64,000 nucleotides of DNA from positions 26,858,331 through 26,922,330 of the forward strand of contig NC_068986.1 of NCBI RefSeq assembly GCF_001194135.2. Reading direction: 5' to 3'. The stretch is from Octopus bimaculoides (taxonomy: Eukaryota). Positions 1 through 11,843 of this stretch are shown here, in pieces. A program made the position numbers and the translations under genes. Numbering within the stretch: position 1 is the stretch's first letter; each line of letters begins with the position of its first letter. A model generated the notes under the pieces. It was not told where the DNA came from and did not search any database. It saw nothing but the letters and a program-made list of their open reading frames with translations.

Positions 1-213
1 TAAAGAAAACATAGTTCATTACTGTTGTTTCTAGCAAAATAAGAAACTAAGCACCTAGGTAAATGATTAAGTATTAAAAGATAAATAGATAAGTAAGTAA
101 ATAAATGGGTCTTTACCATTCAATTGGTGTTCTAGCTTGGAACATCCAAACTTTGTGTACTTTTAAACATTACTGTTATTTTAAAGTTTGGTAAAGGAGA
201 TCCGCTGCTACAT

Positions 214-587
214 TCTTTTACTTGTTTCATTCATTTGACTGTGGCCATGCTGGAGCACTGCCTTTAATTGAACAAATTGACCCCAGGACTTATTCTTTGT
301 AAGTCTAGTACTTATTCTATTGGTCTCTTTTGCTGAACTGATAAGTTATGGGGACGTAAGCACACCAGCATCGGTTATCAAGCATTTGTGGTGGGGACAA
401 ACACAGATACACAAATGTACACACACACATGACAGGCTTCTTTCAGTTTCTGTCTACCAAATCTACTCACAAGGCTTTGGTTGGCCCAAGGCTATAGCAG
501 AAGACACTTACCCAAGGTGCCACTCAGTGGGACTGAACTTGGAACCATATGGTTGGGAAGCATGCTTCTTACCACACAGCCATGCCT
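214..587 (-). mobile_element. tRNA-derived octopus SINE (family A), full-length, diverged
   Basis: Reverse complement begins aggcatggctgtgtggtaag (A-box-like) and ggttccaagttcagtccc (B-box-like). Same body and tail (...caagtaaaaga) as the copies at 18368, 31056, 49241 and 62246. Confidence 0.9.
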
Positions 588-659
588 GTGAGCTTCTTCT
601 AAAATACTTCTCTTTGTTAGAGAGATATTCTATTTACATGATGTTTTCACTGTTTTCAG

Positions 660-862
660 GTGATGAAGCCGATGATAAATATGACAACAGCCATTCATCT
701 CCTGGTGGAAACAATGGCCTATCATTTGATAATAGTCATCTAACAATTGGAAATGTACATAAGGCAGGGAATGATAAACCAATTTCCAATGTTGTCTGGA
801 ATCTTCAGCAGGCTGGGCAAAATAATGGAGATTCTGCAACTGTCACTTCACTAGATAAAAAG
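660..862 (+). CDS. SMG5: SMG5 internal coding exon (first in window; phase 1 to 0), GDEADDKYDN...VTSLDKK, disordered linker
   Basis: Acceptor tgttttcAG at 658-659, donor AAG|GTAAGC at 863, open frame. Joins in frame to the next exon. Assigned to SMG5 by phase continuity with downstream conserved exons. Confidence 0.8.
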
Positions 863-1224
863 GTAAGCTTATCTTTTCCAGTTTTCTGTATTGGAAATAA
901 TTTTTAGTTATCAGATCATTGGAGTAAGCTGGAGTTATATTCATACTCTTGAGCATAACACAGTATCATTGATAGTAAGTTTTGAAGTTATAACTATGTT
1001 TGTTATTGTTTTTAAATATGTATATGTATGTATATGTGTGTGTGTGGTATGAATGAGCAAAAACAAGAAAAAGCAAAACAAGAGGGACAAGTTTTAACAT
1101 AGATGTTATTAGTGTAAAGCTTGAAAAGAAAGGGAAAAGGTCTTTAACATTTCGGACCCTAGTCCTTCATCAGAGACGAGAAAACAAAGATGGAACAGTG
1201 GTAAATAATGTTCATCCGTTGTCA

Positions 1225-1600
1225 GCAATGGCCAAGGACAACACACGGGAGAAGATGGGTCACAGTGTGTCTGGTTGTGGCTGATCAGTCTGATGCATGC
1301 TTGAAAGGCTCTGCTGCAGGTTGGGTACTGGTGGTCTGCTGGGAATGAATGCAAGGAGTTGGCTCTGAACTTGTGCAGTTCACATTTTCTTTGTGCTCCT
1401 GCAGTCCTGTTCTATTCGTAGGAGGTGGTACCTCTGTTGGTGCAGCTTTGCCAGGCAGGGTGGCCCAGTGCTAGCATTTCTCATTGGGATTGATCTCAAT
1501 ACAATTCAGTGAGGCTTTGAGTGTATCCTTGAAGGGGCTTTCCCTGTCCATTGCCAGTGCACTTGCCTTCTGCCAGTTTGCTGTAGAACGGTCTTTTTTT
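1225..1600 (-). mobile_element. RTE (BovB-like) LINE ORF 3' end remnant
   Basis: Minus-strand translation with one frameshift gives ...GQGKPFKDTLKASLNCIEINP... and QYPTCSRAFQACIRLISHNQTH, the C-terminal C2H2-like motif typical of RTE ORFs. Confidence 0.75.
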
Positions 1601-1741
1601 GTTCTCATGCCTAATGTCATCCCTCTCACCACCACAGATTAGATTTTTGTCAACTTACTGATTGTTCTTCACTGTCATTATAACTGAAGACCCATAGCAC
1701 GGACTGTTTTTATATAGTCATTTTATATCTTTCTCACCTAG

Positions 1742-1844
1742 AAGAAGTTAAATTTGCGAAACTTAAAAAGACGTCGACGTCGCCATCACAGTGGTAGCAG
1801 TAATGGATCTGTTGTTTCAGATGAAGAGTCTGATCTCAGCGAAG
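1742..1844 (+). CDS. SMG5: SMG5 coding exon (phase 0 to 1), KKLNLRNLKRRRRRHHSGSSNGSVVSDEESDLSE
   Basis: Acceptor ttctcacctAG, donor G|GTAATT at 1845. Basic run followed by SDLSEG resembles the RRRR...DDSDLSEG segment I recall in vertebrate SMG5. Confidence 0.87.
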
Positions 1845-1896
1845 GTAATTTTCATTATGTGGTTTCCTTTTTTTTTTATAATCCCCCCTCTCCACC

Positions 1897-2391
1897 TCCC
1901 TCGTGCTCTCCCTCCCTCGCGCTCTCCCTCCCTCGCGCTCTCCCTCCCTCGCGCTCTCCCTCCCTCGCGCTCTCCCTCCCTCGCGCTCTCCCTCCCTNNN
2001 NNNNNNNNNNNNNNNNNNNNNNNNNNNNNNNNNNNNNNNNNNNNNNNNNNNNNNNNNNNNNNNNNNNNNNNNNNNNNNNNNNNNNNNNNNNNNNNNNNNN
2101 NNNNNNNNNNNNNNNNNNNNNNNNNNNNNNNNNNNNNNNNNNNNNNNNNNNNNNNNNNNNNNNNNNNNNNNNNNNNNNNNNNNNNNNNNNNNNNNNNNNN
2201 NNNNNNNNNNNNNNNNNNNNNNNNNNNNNNNNNNNNNNNNNNNNNNNNNNNNNNNNNNNNNNNNNNNNNNNNNNNNNNNNNNNNNNNNNNNNNNNNNNNN
2301 NNNNNNNNNNNNNNNNNNNNNNNNNNNNNNNNNNNNNNNNNNNNNNNNNNNNNNNNNNNNNNNGCTCTCCCTCCCTCGCGCTCTCCCTCCC
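1897..2391. repeat. 16-bp CpG-containing minisatellite (CCCTCGCGCTCTCCCT)n spanning the gap at 1998-2363
   Basis: About 6 units are visible before the gap and about 2 after, nearly perfect. Confidence 0.9.
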
Positions 2392-2922
2392 TTCCCCCTC
2401 TCCCCATCACCTCTCCTCTGTCTCCTATACCTCTCTCCAGTGATCACTCTCCCTCTTTCCCCTTTTGTCCATCCCCTACTCACTCTTTTCTTTCTCTCTT
2501 TCACATACCTCTCCTTCCCCCTCTAGCCCCATCCTCTTTCTCCTCCTTGCCTCATCTGCCCGCTATGCTCCCACATTCCTCCTCTCTCATCCCTCATTCT
2601 CCACTCTCTGCAATTCCTTATGTAGTCATTTGTTGTTTAATAATTTTTATGTCCATTTTCCTAAGCAAGCATGGGTTAGACAAATATTTCATTGAGACAT
2701 TGTTTTACAGCTGAATGCCCTTTCCCTTGCTAACTCTTACCTGGGTTTTTTTTCTTCTAACAAGTAAGGAATCTCTTATTTCACACATCTTCAAAGGCAC
2801 AAAGCCAGCAGATGATTGGTTGACAGGAGAAATAACAATATCACCCCTTGTAGCTCGCAATTTTCAAAGAGGTGCAAATGTAAACAAACTCATATACATG
2901 CTCATGCAAATTGACACATACA

Positions 2923-2954
<32 letters not shown>

Positions 2955-3907
2955 TTATGAGCCTCTTTCAGTACACATCTACCACATCCACTCACAAGGC
3001 TTTAGTTGACTGGTGACTAATAAGAAGACACTTGCTCAAGGTACCATGCAGTAGGACTGAACCTGAGGCCACATCGTTGGAAAGCTAACTTGACAAACGC
3101 TCAGTCATGCCTGTGCCTATCTCTTTTAATTTCCTTCTTCTTTTATGATTTCCGTTAATAATTTTTACTTTTTGAAATTTTTGAATTTTTGAATTTTTTT
3201 TTAAGATTTTATATCACCTTTAATTATTTTTATTTCACGAACTTACATTTCATGACTATTAATCTGACACAGTTAAGAGAGGAAGTTGATGGGGAGTATG
3301 CAAAGCATTAAACTAATTCATTTTACTAACATAAAAACAACTTATCTATTTATTTTGTTCCTAATTTTCTAAACTTTCAAAAATTCAGTACAATCCTTTC
3401 GTTCACTTTTTCTTATTATTTTTATTGCCTTCAGCCACTAAACTGATTTCCATTTTATTTATTTTTCCACAGCTTCTTATTTCATTTTTGTCAAACTATT
3501 ATTATTTGTTAAAGAACACAAACATTTTTTTTTCCTCCTGAAGAATTTAAAACAAATATTGTAAATATTAGCCTACATTCTTGATTCACTGATTAGGAAG
3601 TGAATTACACTATTGATGTCATGCCTTTATACAGTGTGTATTTTTTCTTCTTTTCTTTTTTCTTTTGTTATGAAAATGATTTCCTTAGCGGAAGTGCTTA
3701 TTGCTTCTAGTATCTTGCATGTCACAATCTTCCATGATGTGAACTTTAATGAATTTAATGTTTAAGGTAATGCTAGTGTTTCTGATAGAACCAGGAAGCT
3801 GTTGCTCTCATTATGAGCCAAAAATGTTTTAATATAGAAAGATGAATTGATAGAAATATATAAAAGAATTGTGTATGTGTGTATACGCACACACCTGTGT
3901 GTACATA

Positions 3908-3955
<48 letters not shown>

Positions 3956-3981
3956 CATGCACCTCTGTGTATGAGTACATA

Positions 3982-4016
<35 letters not shown>

Positions 4017-4084
4017 ATACATGCACCTGTGTGTATGTGTGTATACACACACATACACACACACAGAGCTGCGTGTGTGTACAT

Positions 4085-5490
4085 ATTGTCATTTAACATC
4101 CATGCTCCATGCTGGCTTAGGTTGGATGGTTTGACAAAAATCTGATGAGTTCAAGAACTGCATTGTGCTCCAGTGTCTGCTTTGGCAAGGTTTCTATGGC
4201 TGGATGCCCTTCCTAATGCCAACTACTTTACGGTGTGTACTTGGTGCTTTTTTCATGTTACCAGCAGTATTGAGGTCACCATGTACCTCACAAGTCTACA
4301 AATCCAAGGTGTTTGGTGAAGCGTCTTTGTGTTAGGTGGGAATTAAAGTATGCGAGGTTGGGGCAGAGCAAGTTCTTGTGGAGAAGTTACATGTCTACTC
4401 ACATTTAGGAGAGAGAGTAAGAATGAATTGGTAGTACCTTCAAAGAAATAGACAGTGGTGATGAGGTGCCCAAGTGGCATCTCAGGTAGGAAGAGTAGTA
4501 GTGGGTAGGGGTTTACAGGAGTGTACGAGGGTAGAGATAGGGGAAGTGGGTAAGAGGAAGGTAGGTGGACAGCATTCTGTAAATATTGGGAAGGGATGAA
4601 AGGATGTGGTGCTTGAGTTGTGGAGGCTAGAGGGATGCTAGCAGCAAAGTTATAACGAAGATACCATTGTCAGGAGCAGAGTAGAGGGATAGAGACATAG
4701 TGCATGAGGAGTGATTATTTGGTGGTCCAAGGAGAGGGGATAGGAAGGCCACTGTTTTCCTTACTGTGGGTTTGGCTCAGGACTCACCGCTTCATCCCAT
4801 GTCTTCTTGAGTCTTCTTTGTCCACAGGCTCCAGCCACATAAGTGATCAGTATTTTATACAGCTGTTCTCATCCATACTCATTATATGTCTGCACCAGTG
4901 CAGTCTTCTTTCTTGCACATTGCATCTGATTCCTCTTATGCCCATCTGTCTCTCAGCACATTTATGCTATGTTGAGGCATATTTACATATCCAATAACAC
5001 ATGGTTGTTTCATTTCTTTCCAAGTCCTTTGCATTCAAGGCTCATATCTCACTACCATGCAGCATTGCAGGTCAAACACAAGCATCATGCAATCTGCCTT
5101 TCACTCTGTGGGAAAAGACCATTGTTGCCAGCAATGGTAGTGGCTCCCTAAATTTTTTCGAACCTGTTCTTAGCCTGGTTACTATACGTTCACAACAACC
5201 ATTTCCCTTACTGATGACATCTCCTATGTAGCAAAAACTATCAACTATCTCTAGTGAGCCATCTGGGCATTCAAGGAGTTCTATTTCTGGTGTGTTCATG
5301 GGACATACTGTTTCAGTGCATCTATCACGTATGAAGCTTAGTCTGCCTGTGATTGCTCTACATCCATAGCTTATATTCAGTGCAGTGTATGGACCTTATA
5401 CCTACTCCTTTTCTGTCTATCCAGCAATGCCATTTCTGTGTGGGTACCAGGGTTCTGTCTTCTTTCCTCCTAATAAATTGTTTTTTGATT
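4085..5490 (-). mobile_element. 5'-truncated, degraded RTE LINE (RT C-terminus plus 3' tail)
   Basis: ORF 5072-5299(-) LEIVDSFCYIGDVISKGNGC...RLRTGSKKFREPLPLLATMVFSHRVKGRLHDACV is an RTE RT C-terminal signature. The tail at about 4085-4260 matches the other RTE-tail copies. Confidence 0.85.
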
Positions 5491-5638
5491 GAACATCAGG
5501 ATGCTCATATGAAACCCATGGGAAAGTCCATCATAAAAATGTTAAATTGACACTTATTTCATAATTATCCATTTTGTAATCATTCCCCCTCCCCTCCCAT
5601 TTGAAATGATTCAAAATCTGTATTTTATTTGATTTCAG

Positions 5639-6130
5639 GTGGTGAAGACATTATTGAAGAGGATGATATGTTAACCGAGGAATCTGACGATGACCTTGGC
5701 AGTTACTTGGAACATGATTCAGATTCTGATCTCTCTGACACACTGATCGATGGGCAGGATTTGCCCTCAAACTTCTCATTAACTGGCAAAAATAACCAGC
5801 TTTTGACAAACGGCGCAGGACTAATCGATTTTCGTTCCAACATTGCTGCAGTTGCAGCCGCAGCTGAAGCTGTTGCTGCAGCTTCTGGCGTTAATGGTAG
5901 CTGGAACATTAGGCATTCAAATTCTTGCAACTCTAATATTTGGACTGATGCTGCCACCAATGTCAGTCTTGTCCATTTTTCTACTGAACTCTTGTCTACA
6001 TCTGCAACATTCCTTGGACAGAAATTGGAGCTCAATCTTAAAAACTCCAAAGTGGGCACATCAGATAACAGTGTGGATTACACTTCATACAAAGACAATA
6101 ACTATGAACTGAAGAATATGATGCTTTCTG
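5639..6130 (+). CDS. SMG5: SMG5 coding exon (492 nt, phase 1 to 1), acidic/Ser- and Ala-rich linker GEDIIEEDD...KNMMLS
   Basis: Acceptor tttgatttcAG at 5637-5638, donor G|GTATGT at 6131. Lies within the 197-aa ORF 5629-6222. Phase matches both neighbours. Confidence 0.85.
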
Positions 6131-6264
6131 GTATGTATTTATTTCTGTTTTTTTTTTTTTTCTTGACTGACTTTGCTTTTGGAGTAGCTTTTCTTTCTTC
6201 TTTTAGTAACTTTTTTTTTTAGGTTGATCTGTCATATGTAATCATGTAGTTATTGTGCAGAAAC

Positions 6265-6311
<47 letters not shown>

Positions 6312-6589
6312 TAATGTATATCAACAAAGAAGCTAAAAATTAGCAAGAAACTTGCAAAACCAAAGCTTTGCAAGTGAAAGGCCTTTGCGATATTTGTTAG
6401 TGATGTGTTACATTTGGAAGAGCCATTAGAACATTGAAGAGACAGCCTTGCAGTATTCAGTTCTGGCTTTGTGTTCTGAGATCAAATTCTTCCATGGTCA
6501 ACTTTGCCTTTCATCATTTTGAGGTTAATAATAAAGTACCAATCCAGGTTAGTGGATTGTCAGAATTGTTTAGAGAGGTGGGCAAATTG

Positions 6590-6915
6590 CTATGCAGTAT
6601 TTGTTCTGATCCTTTGCATTTTGACAGCAATGCTTATGATAACAGTGACACCAAATCAGCAGCCTTTCTCTTGGGTAAATGTCAGTGGTATGGAGTGGAG
6701 AGACTTGCATTTACGGACAACAGCATGTCTTACTCAAAAAAATCTTGTCCAGGATTGCACATGTATGTGCAAATGCATGGTCAGACAGACTACCTTGTAA
6801 CATCTGTTTAGGCTGTTTGTATTCTGATGGTAATACTTGCAATAACATTGGTGCCAAGTATTGGCACTTGTATCATCATCTTTCCCTTGGACAACATCAG
6901 TAGCCTGGAGAGCAA
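6590..6915 (-). mobile_element. SINE family C, diverged copy
   Basis: Reverse complement of the gtcactggtgccaagctg...cccttggataacatc...ccataaacaacc body seen at 14505 and 22790. Confidence 0.65.
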
Positions 6916-8193
6916 AGCTTTCTGGGCATAAAAACAACATTGGTGAGATGCAGGTCTGAGCAATCTGCAAATCTGTAGTTTTATGAGATGTGTACGAGAG
7001 ATACTTGGTTGTCCAGTTGGGAAAGATAGAGGTTGCTGATACATCTTCACTACCATCCTTTATCTTTTCCAACTGGGGTAACTGTGTATCTCACCCTGTT
7101 CCTGTCCTCTTATCATGCTATAATCTCTCATCACCTGGTATAAAGCCACCTTCCTCGATACTACCCTCCATTCAATTGAGAGATCTTGTGAGTTACTTGG
7201 TGACCTTACTAGTGTTAGGACTATGTAAAAAGCACCCAGAACACTCTAAAATGGTTGGCATTAGAAAGGTCATCCAGTCATAGAAACCATGCTAAAGCTG
7301 ACATCAGAGTTTGATGTACTCCTCTGGCTTTTCAGATCCTGTCAAATTGTCCAACACATACCAACATGGAAAATAGACATTAAGTGATGATGATAATGAT
7401 CTGGTGACTTCTGATATTTAAATGTTGCAGCAATTTTAATGTCTTTAGACAAGAAAATATTGTGTGAATTATGTGACTTAAATTCATGTGATTAACAAAG
7501 AAGAATTATTTATCATCAAACCACTTTTTGAAAGTAAAAATTTGTTCCATGATTGCTCTCAAAGTTTTCTAAATATTTATGCTCTTATGTATGTGTCTTA
7601 TGGGAAATGTAATAAAGTTATATGTCCTTTAATTTTAAAAGCGTTACCATAGCCCATGAGACTCATTAGAGGCGTGGTTATTACTAGCAGAGAATTGGTT
7701 TTGGAATTTGCAATCCTCTCAACTACCCTTATTTATGTATTTGTTTTGTTTCAAGCAATTCAATGCTGTTTTAGTTACGTTCCTTCTAGCAAAGTTTGCA
7801 GTGAAACAGTACAAAGAAGTATCCATTGTTCCACATGTATTTTTTTTTGTTGTATATAATTAGAAGAAATATTTTTAGTAGTTATATAGTTAATTGAGAC
7901 AGTTAATAGCCCTCATACTGTCTTTGGCATCAAAAAGAATTTCTTATTTTAAGACTTAACTGCATTTTAAATGAATCTCTGAAGAATAATCAAGACACTA
8001 TTATCAAGAATGTGACCCAGGTGGATCGAAATACACAGTGCTAATAATAACATTTAGTTGTAAATAGGAAAATATTATCAATGACTTAGTTGAATCTGGT
8101 GTTTTCAGTTGACTGGAAATTTTTTTTCTTTGCAAAACATATCCAAAAATGTCTCTTGGTATTTTGATAATTTCTGTATTCATAATCTACTAG

Positions 8194-8298
8194 GTTATAA
8201 CTCTGTAGAAGATTGGCATTCTGCTGAAATAACTCAGAAGCTTCATGATTTTGTGATAGAAACTGATACTGAGACAAGCCGTGGACCTACAGATACCG
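8194..8298 (+). CDS. SMG5: SMG5 coding exon (105 nt, phase 1 to 1), YNSVEDWHSAEITQKLHDFVIETDTETSRGPTDT
   Basis: Acceptor aatctactAG, donor G|GTAAGA at 8299. Open frame inside ORF 8109-8342; phase compatible. Confidence 0.75.
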
Positions 8299-8933
8299 GT
8301 AAGAAATTCCAGTTAGTTATTTACAACCATTTTTTCAATTAACTCAATGATACTTGTTGAAAACACTTATTTCGCTTTTTATTTCTTTGCATTTAATTTT
8401 TGTATTGAAAAGCTGCATACCTCATGGGGTGCAGATCAGAGAACAGGATATGAAGAAGACCCATAAGCTTGTAAAATAGTTATCAGTTAATAGAGAATCT
8501 GCACAGTTTTGCAGTGTGGCATCTTCCCATTTTTCTCAGTCCTTTGTCCATTTGACTTTGGTAATCCAATGTCTTTAGCTCTAACCTCATTTGAATATAT
8601 CTTTGCCATGTGCGTCTTCCAAACTAATTCACACATCTCTGGAAGCAAAATTATCCATCTATAGTTGATTGATAGTATTGAATTTCAATAAGTGCTTGAG
8701 AAATTAAGATTCTTGTGATCCATGAATTGAATGGGATATAAGACAGGAATCAAAATCAAATCATTGATATTGATTTGGCTCACAGGGAGCTTACATCTTC
8801 TGTACAACACTCATCATTGTGACTCAGACTAATCACTTTATTAGCATTTCTCAGAATTGTAAACTCTGTTTCTTTTTTATCATTCTTTTCTTTGAGTGAT
8901 TGTTTCTCATGTAATTATTGCTTTTCTTTTCAG

Positions 8934-8988
8934 AATTGTCTAGCGCTCTGAGTGAAACAGATGCTGAAGGAGATACCCAGTTAGATAG
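8934..8988 (+). CDS. SMG5: SMG5 small coding exon (55 nt, phase 1 to 2), ELSSALSETDAEGDTQLDR
   Basis: Acceptor cttttcttttcAG, donor AG|GTAAAG at 8989. It supplies the phase 1 to 2 change needed to reach the 10182 exon. Confidence 0.72.
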
Positions 8989-10067
8989 GTAAAGATATTA
9001 ATTTCATCAGTATTTCATATTCATCATCATTTAACATCCACTTTTCTATGCTTGCATGGGTCAGATGGAATTTGTTGAGGCAAATTTCCATGGCCAGATG
9101 CCCTTCCTGTTGCCAATGTTCATCTGTTTCCAAGCAAGGTAATATTTCCCATGGCCCAAATTTTTTTTTCATAGAAGATTGGAAACAATCAACATTGAGC
9201 AACATAAGGCATTCTTTTATCTAGGTGGCCAAATTTGGAATGGAAGTGTCTTCTCCAAGGGCATTGTAGCCAGAATAACAACAGGATTTTCTCTTTGTTT
9301 TAATGAAAGTAGATTGCCTGTTACTTGTGCTTAAAGTTGTTGCTGTATGGTAGTGAAACATGGGCATTGGCTACATAGGATGAGTGGTGATTAGAAAGAA
9401 ATATAGTTCACTTCCCTGGATGTATCATATTTGTGTGTGTGTGAATGACAGAGCACAAATGAACTGAAAGAGAAGCTAGGTATAAGAGGAGGCAGATGTA
9501 GTGTGTAAAGGGGCAAGATTGCACTGGTACAGATATGTGATATATATGGAGGGTGACACTTAAATATAGAAGTTTTAAGAAATTCAAGTGGAAGGAACTT
9601 GTGGATGAGGTAGACTGTGGAAACATTGGTAGAAGTGGTACAAACTGACTTACGGTTGCTGTAGATCATAAGATAGTGAATGATAAGTGGAGAGACATTC
9701 TGTTGGAGAACACTCAACTGTCCCATGCAAGCATGGAAAAATGGATGTAAAACGACTATGATGATGAGGAAGAGTTCATTAAACACTATCATAACATTAA
9801 AAAAAATCATATGTGGTACTTTAAAACAAGGAGGTTCCTGTTTTGCTAATTTTCCATTTATTTACTTAAAGAATAATAAAGAGCCATTTGCTATATATGT
9901 ATATATATATATATATATATATTGTATCTCCTTTTGGTTTCTTCCTCTGTTTTTTGGTATTATATATGTATTTACTTGTCTATAAGATGCACTCCTGTAT
10001 AAGTCTTTATCAGTTAAAATCAAATATAGTGTGACCTACACATGAATAAATATGGTGTGTGTGTATG

Positions 10068-10149
<82 letters not shown>

Positions 10150-10181
10150 TATAAACTGAATTATATATTTTGTTTATTCAG

Positions 10182-10311
10182 GAATGAAAATGACCGTCTA
10201 CATTTACAACATGTCATTGAAGTAATTCAAAACGAAGGCTTGCTCCATGTTGTTAAAGTGTTGTGTGATTGGATGAAGTGTCATGCCAGCGTGATCACAA
10301 CCTGTGCACAG
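10182..10311 (+). CDS. SMG5: SMG5 coding exon (phase 2 to 0), NENDRLHLQHVIEVIQNEGLLHVVKVLCDWMKCHASVITTCAQ
   Basis: Acceptor tttattcAG, donor CAG|GTAGGT at 10312. Matches the SMG5 motif EGLLPAVKVFLDWLRTNPDLIIVCAQ (human, from memory). Confidence 0.93.
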
Positions 10312-10404
10312 GTAGGTGCTTGATACATTTTCTTTTCTGATTATTCCATCAGGAGCTAGATTAAAAGCCACCCTATCGGGCAGCTTTTAAGTTAGTATAC
10401 AGAA

Positions 10405-10448
<44 letters not shown>

Positions 10449-11279
10449 TTGATATTTTTGCTATGCTAGCATGAATAATATAATATTATTCACAGGGTTC
10501 TGCTGAGCACAATGCTTGGGAAGCAAACTTCTTAACCACAAAGCCATGTTTGCTAGTAATTTGTGTGTTTATATGACTGTGTTTGGCAAGAAAACCTCAG
10601 GTTTTGACAGTTCAACGTCTATCTGTAAGCCTCAGTTGTGTGTGTTTATGGTTAGCCATATGGATATGGAAAATAGCCCTGTAGCTGCTAGCTTTATATT
10701 GTAACAGTTGCTTGAACCTGGTTGTTCAGGTTGAGTAGACTTATGATCAGACATTCTAACAATGACCATCTCACCTTTTCATATATATAGTTTATCTCAG
10801 ATTACATTTTCCAATACCCTTTCCTTTTGTAAAGCTGGCAGAATGTGATTTGAGAGTAAGTTAGCTGTTGTTTCTTGCAGATTGAGCTACCCGTCCACAT
10901 AGTGGCTCACTTCATAATATATGCGAAAGTCAAGTTAGGCTGACAGTGTTCCTTTCTCTCCAGGCTATTTTGACTAAGATCAGAAACCATAAGGGTGAAG
11001 AATAACAGAACTGAATTAAATTGAAATGCTATGACCACGAATTGAACTTGCAGCACAGACGCAGTTTGCCGAAAGCTTAATACCTCTTTTCGGCACTTGC
11101 ATGTATAAATGTATAAAAAATAGTCTGTCTTTAAGTAACAAGTTAATACTTTTCATGATTTTTGCTTTCTGATCTCCCACCAGCTACCCTAGTCTCATTA
11201 ATTGGATTGATAAACTGATTTTAGATGAAACTGAAATGCTACAAATAATCTCTATCAAGACTATTTTGTTTTTGTGTGC

Positions 11280-11560
11280 ATTTACTTCGTTTTCGTTTTG
11301 TGTTTTTCTTTTAAGTTGCTTTGGAGAGAGAGAGAGAGAGAGAGAGAGAGGCAGGAAAAAAATTATTTTTCTTCTTTCCTCTTTCGCCATTCATTTCGTT
11401 CAAGTTATTTCAGGCCATAGGGAAAATAGTAGTTACCTCCCTTGGGTCGTTTTGTCAGTTGCATGAGCGTGGGGTGGTGGTGGTGGTGGTGGTGGCCTTG
11501 GCGACGGCGGCGGCGAGGAAGAGGCATAGAAATTAAAAGACCTCCGTTGTTATTTTCCAA
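11280..11560. promoter_or_regulatory. Candidate intronic promoter (CpG patch)
   Basis: Many CpGs (ggcgacggcggcggcgagg, cgccat, tttcgtt) in an otherwise CpG-poor intron. Also (GA)n, a TCATTT Inr-like element at 11391 and agttacctcccttg. No transcript data. Confidence 0.4.
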
Positions 11561-11799
11561 TAGGAATTGAACATTCCCAGCTCACCCATCCCCACCCCAC
11601 TAACTCATTCAATCATGATTATTGTTTTTGTCATATTCTGCAAGATAATTGAGTTAGGAATCCCACCATCACCTAATTAATTTTCTGTAATTTAATACAG
11701 AATGTCAGGTGCTGGAGAAAAAGCGTGATTAAAAATTATCTTCTCTTTCGAATTTGATTTTTAATAACTCAGAGAATATTTGGTAGCTGTCTATTATTA

Positions 11800-11843
<44 letters not shown>

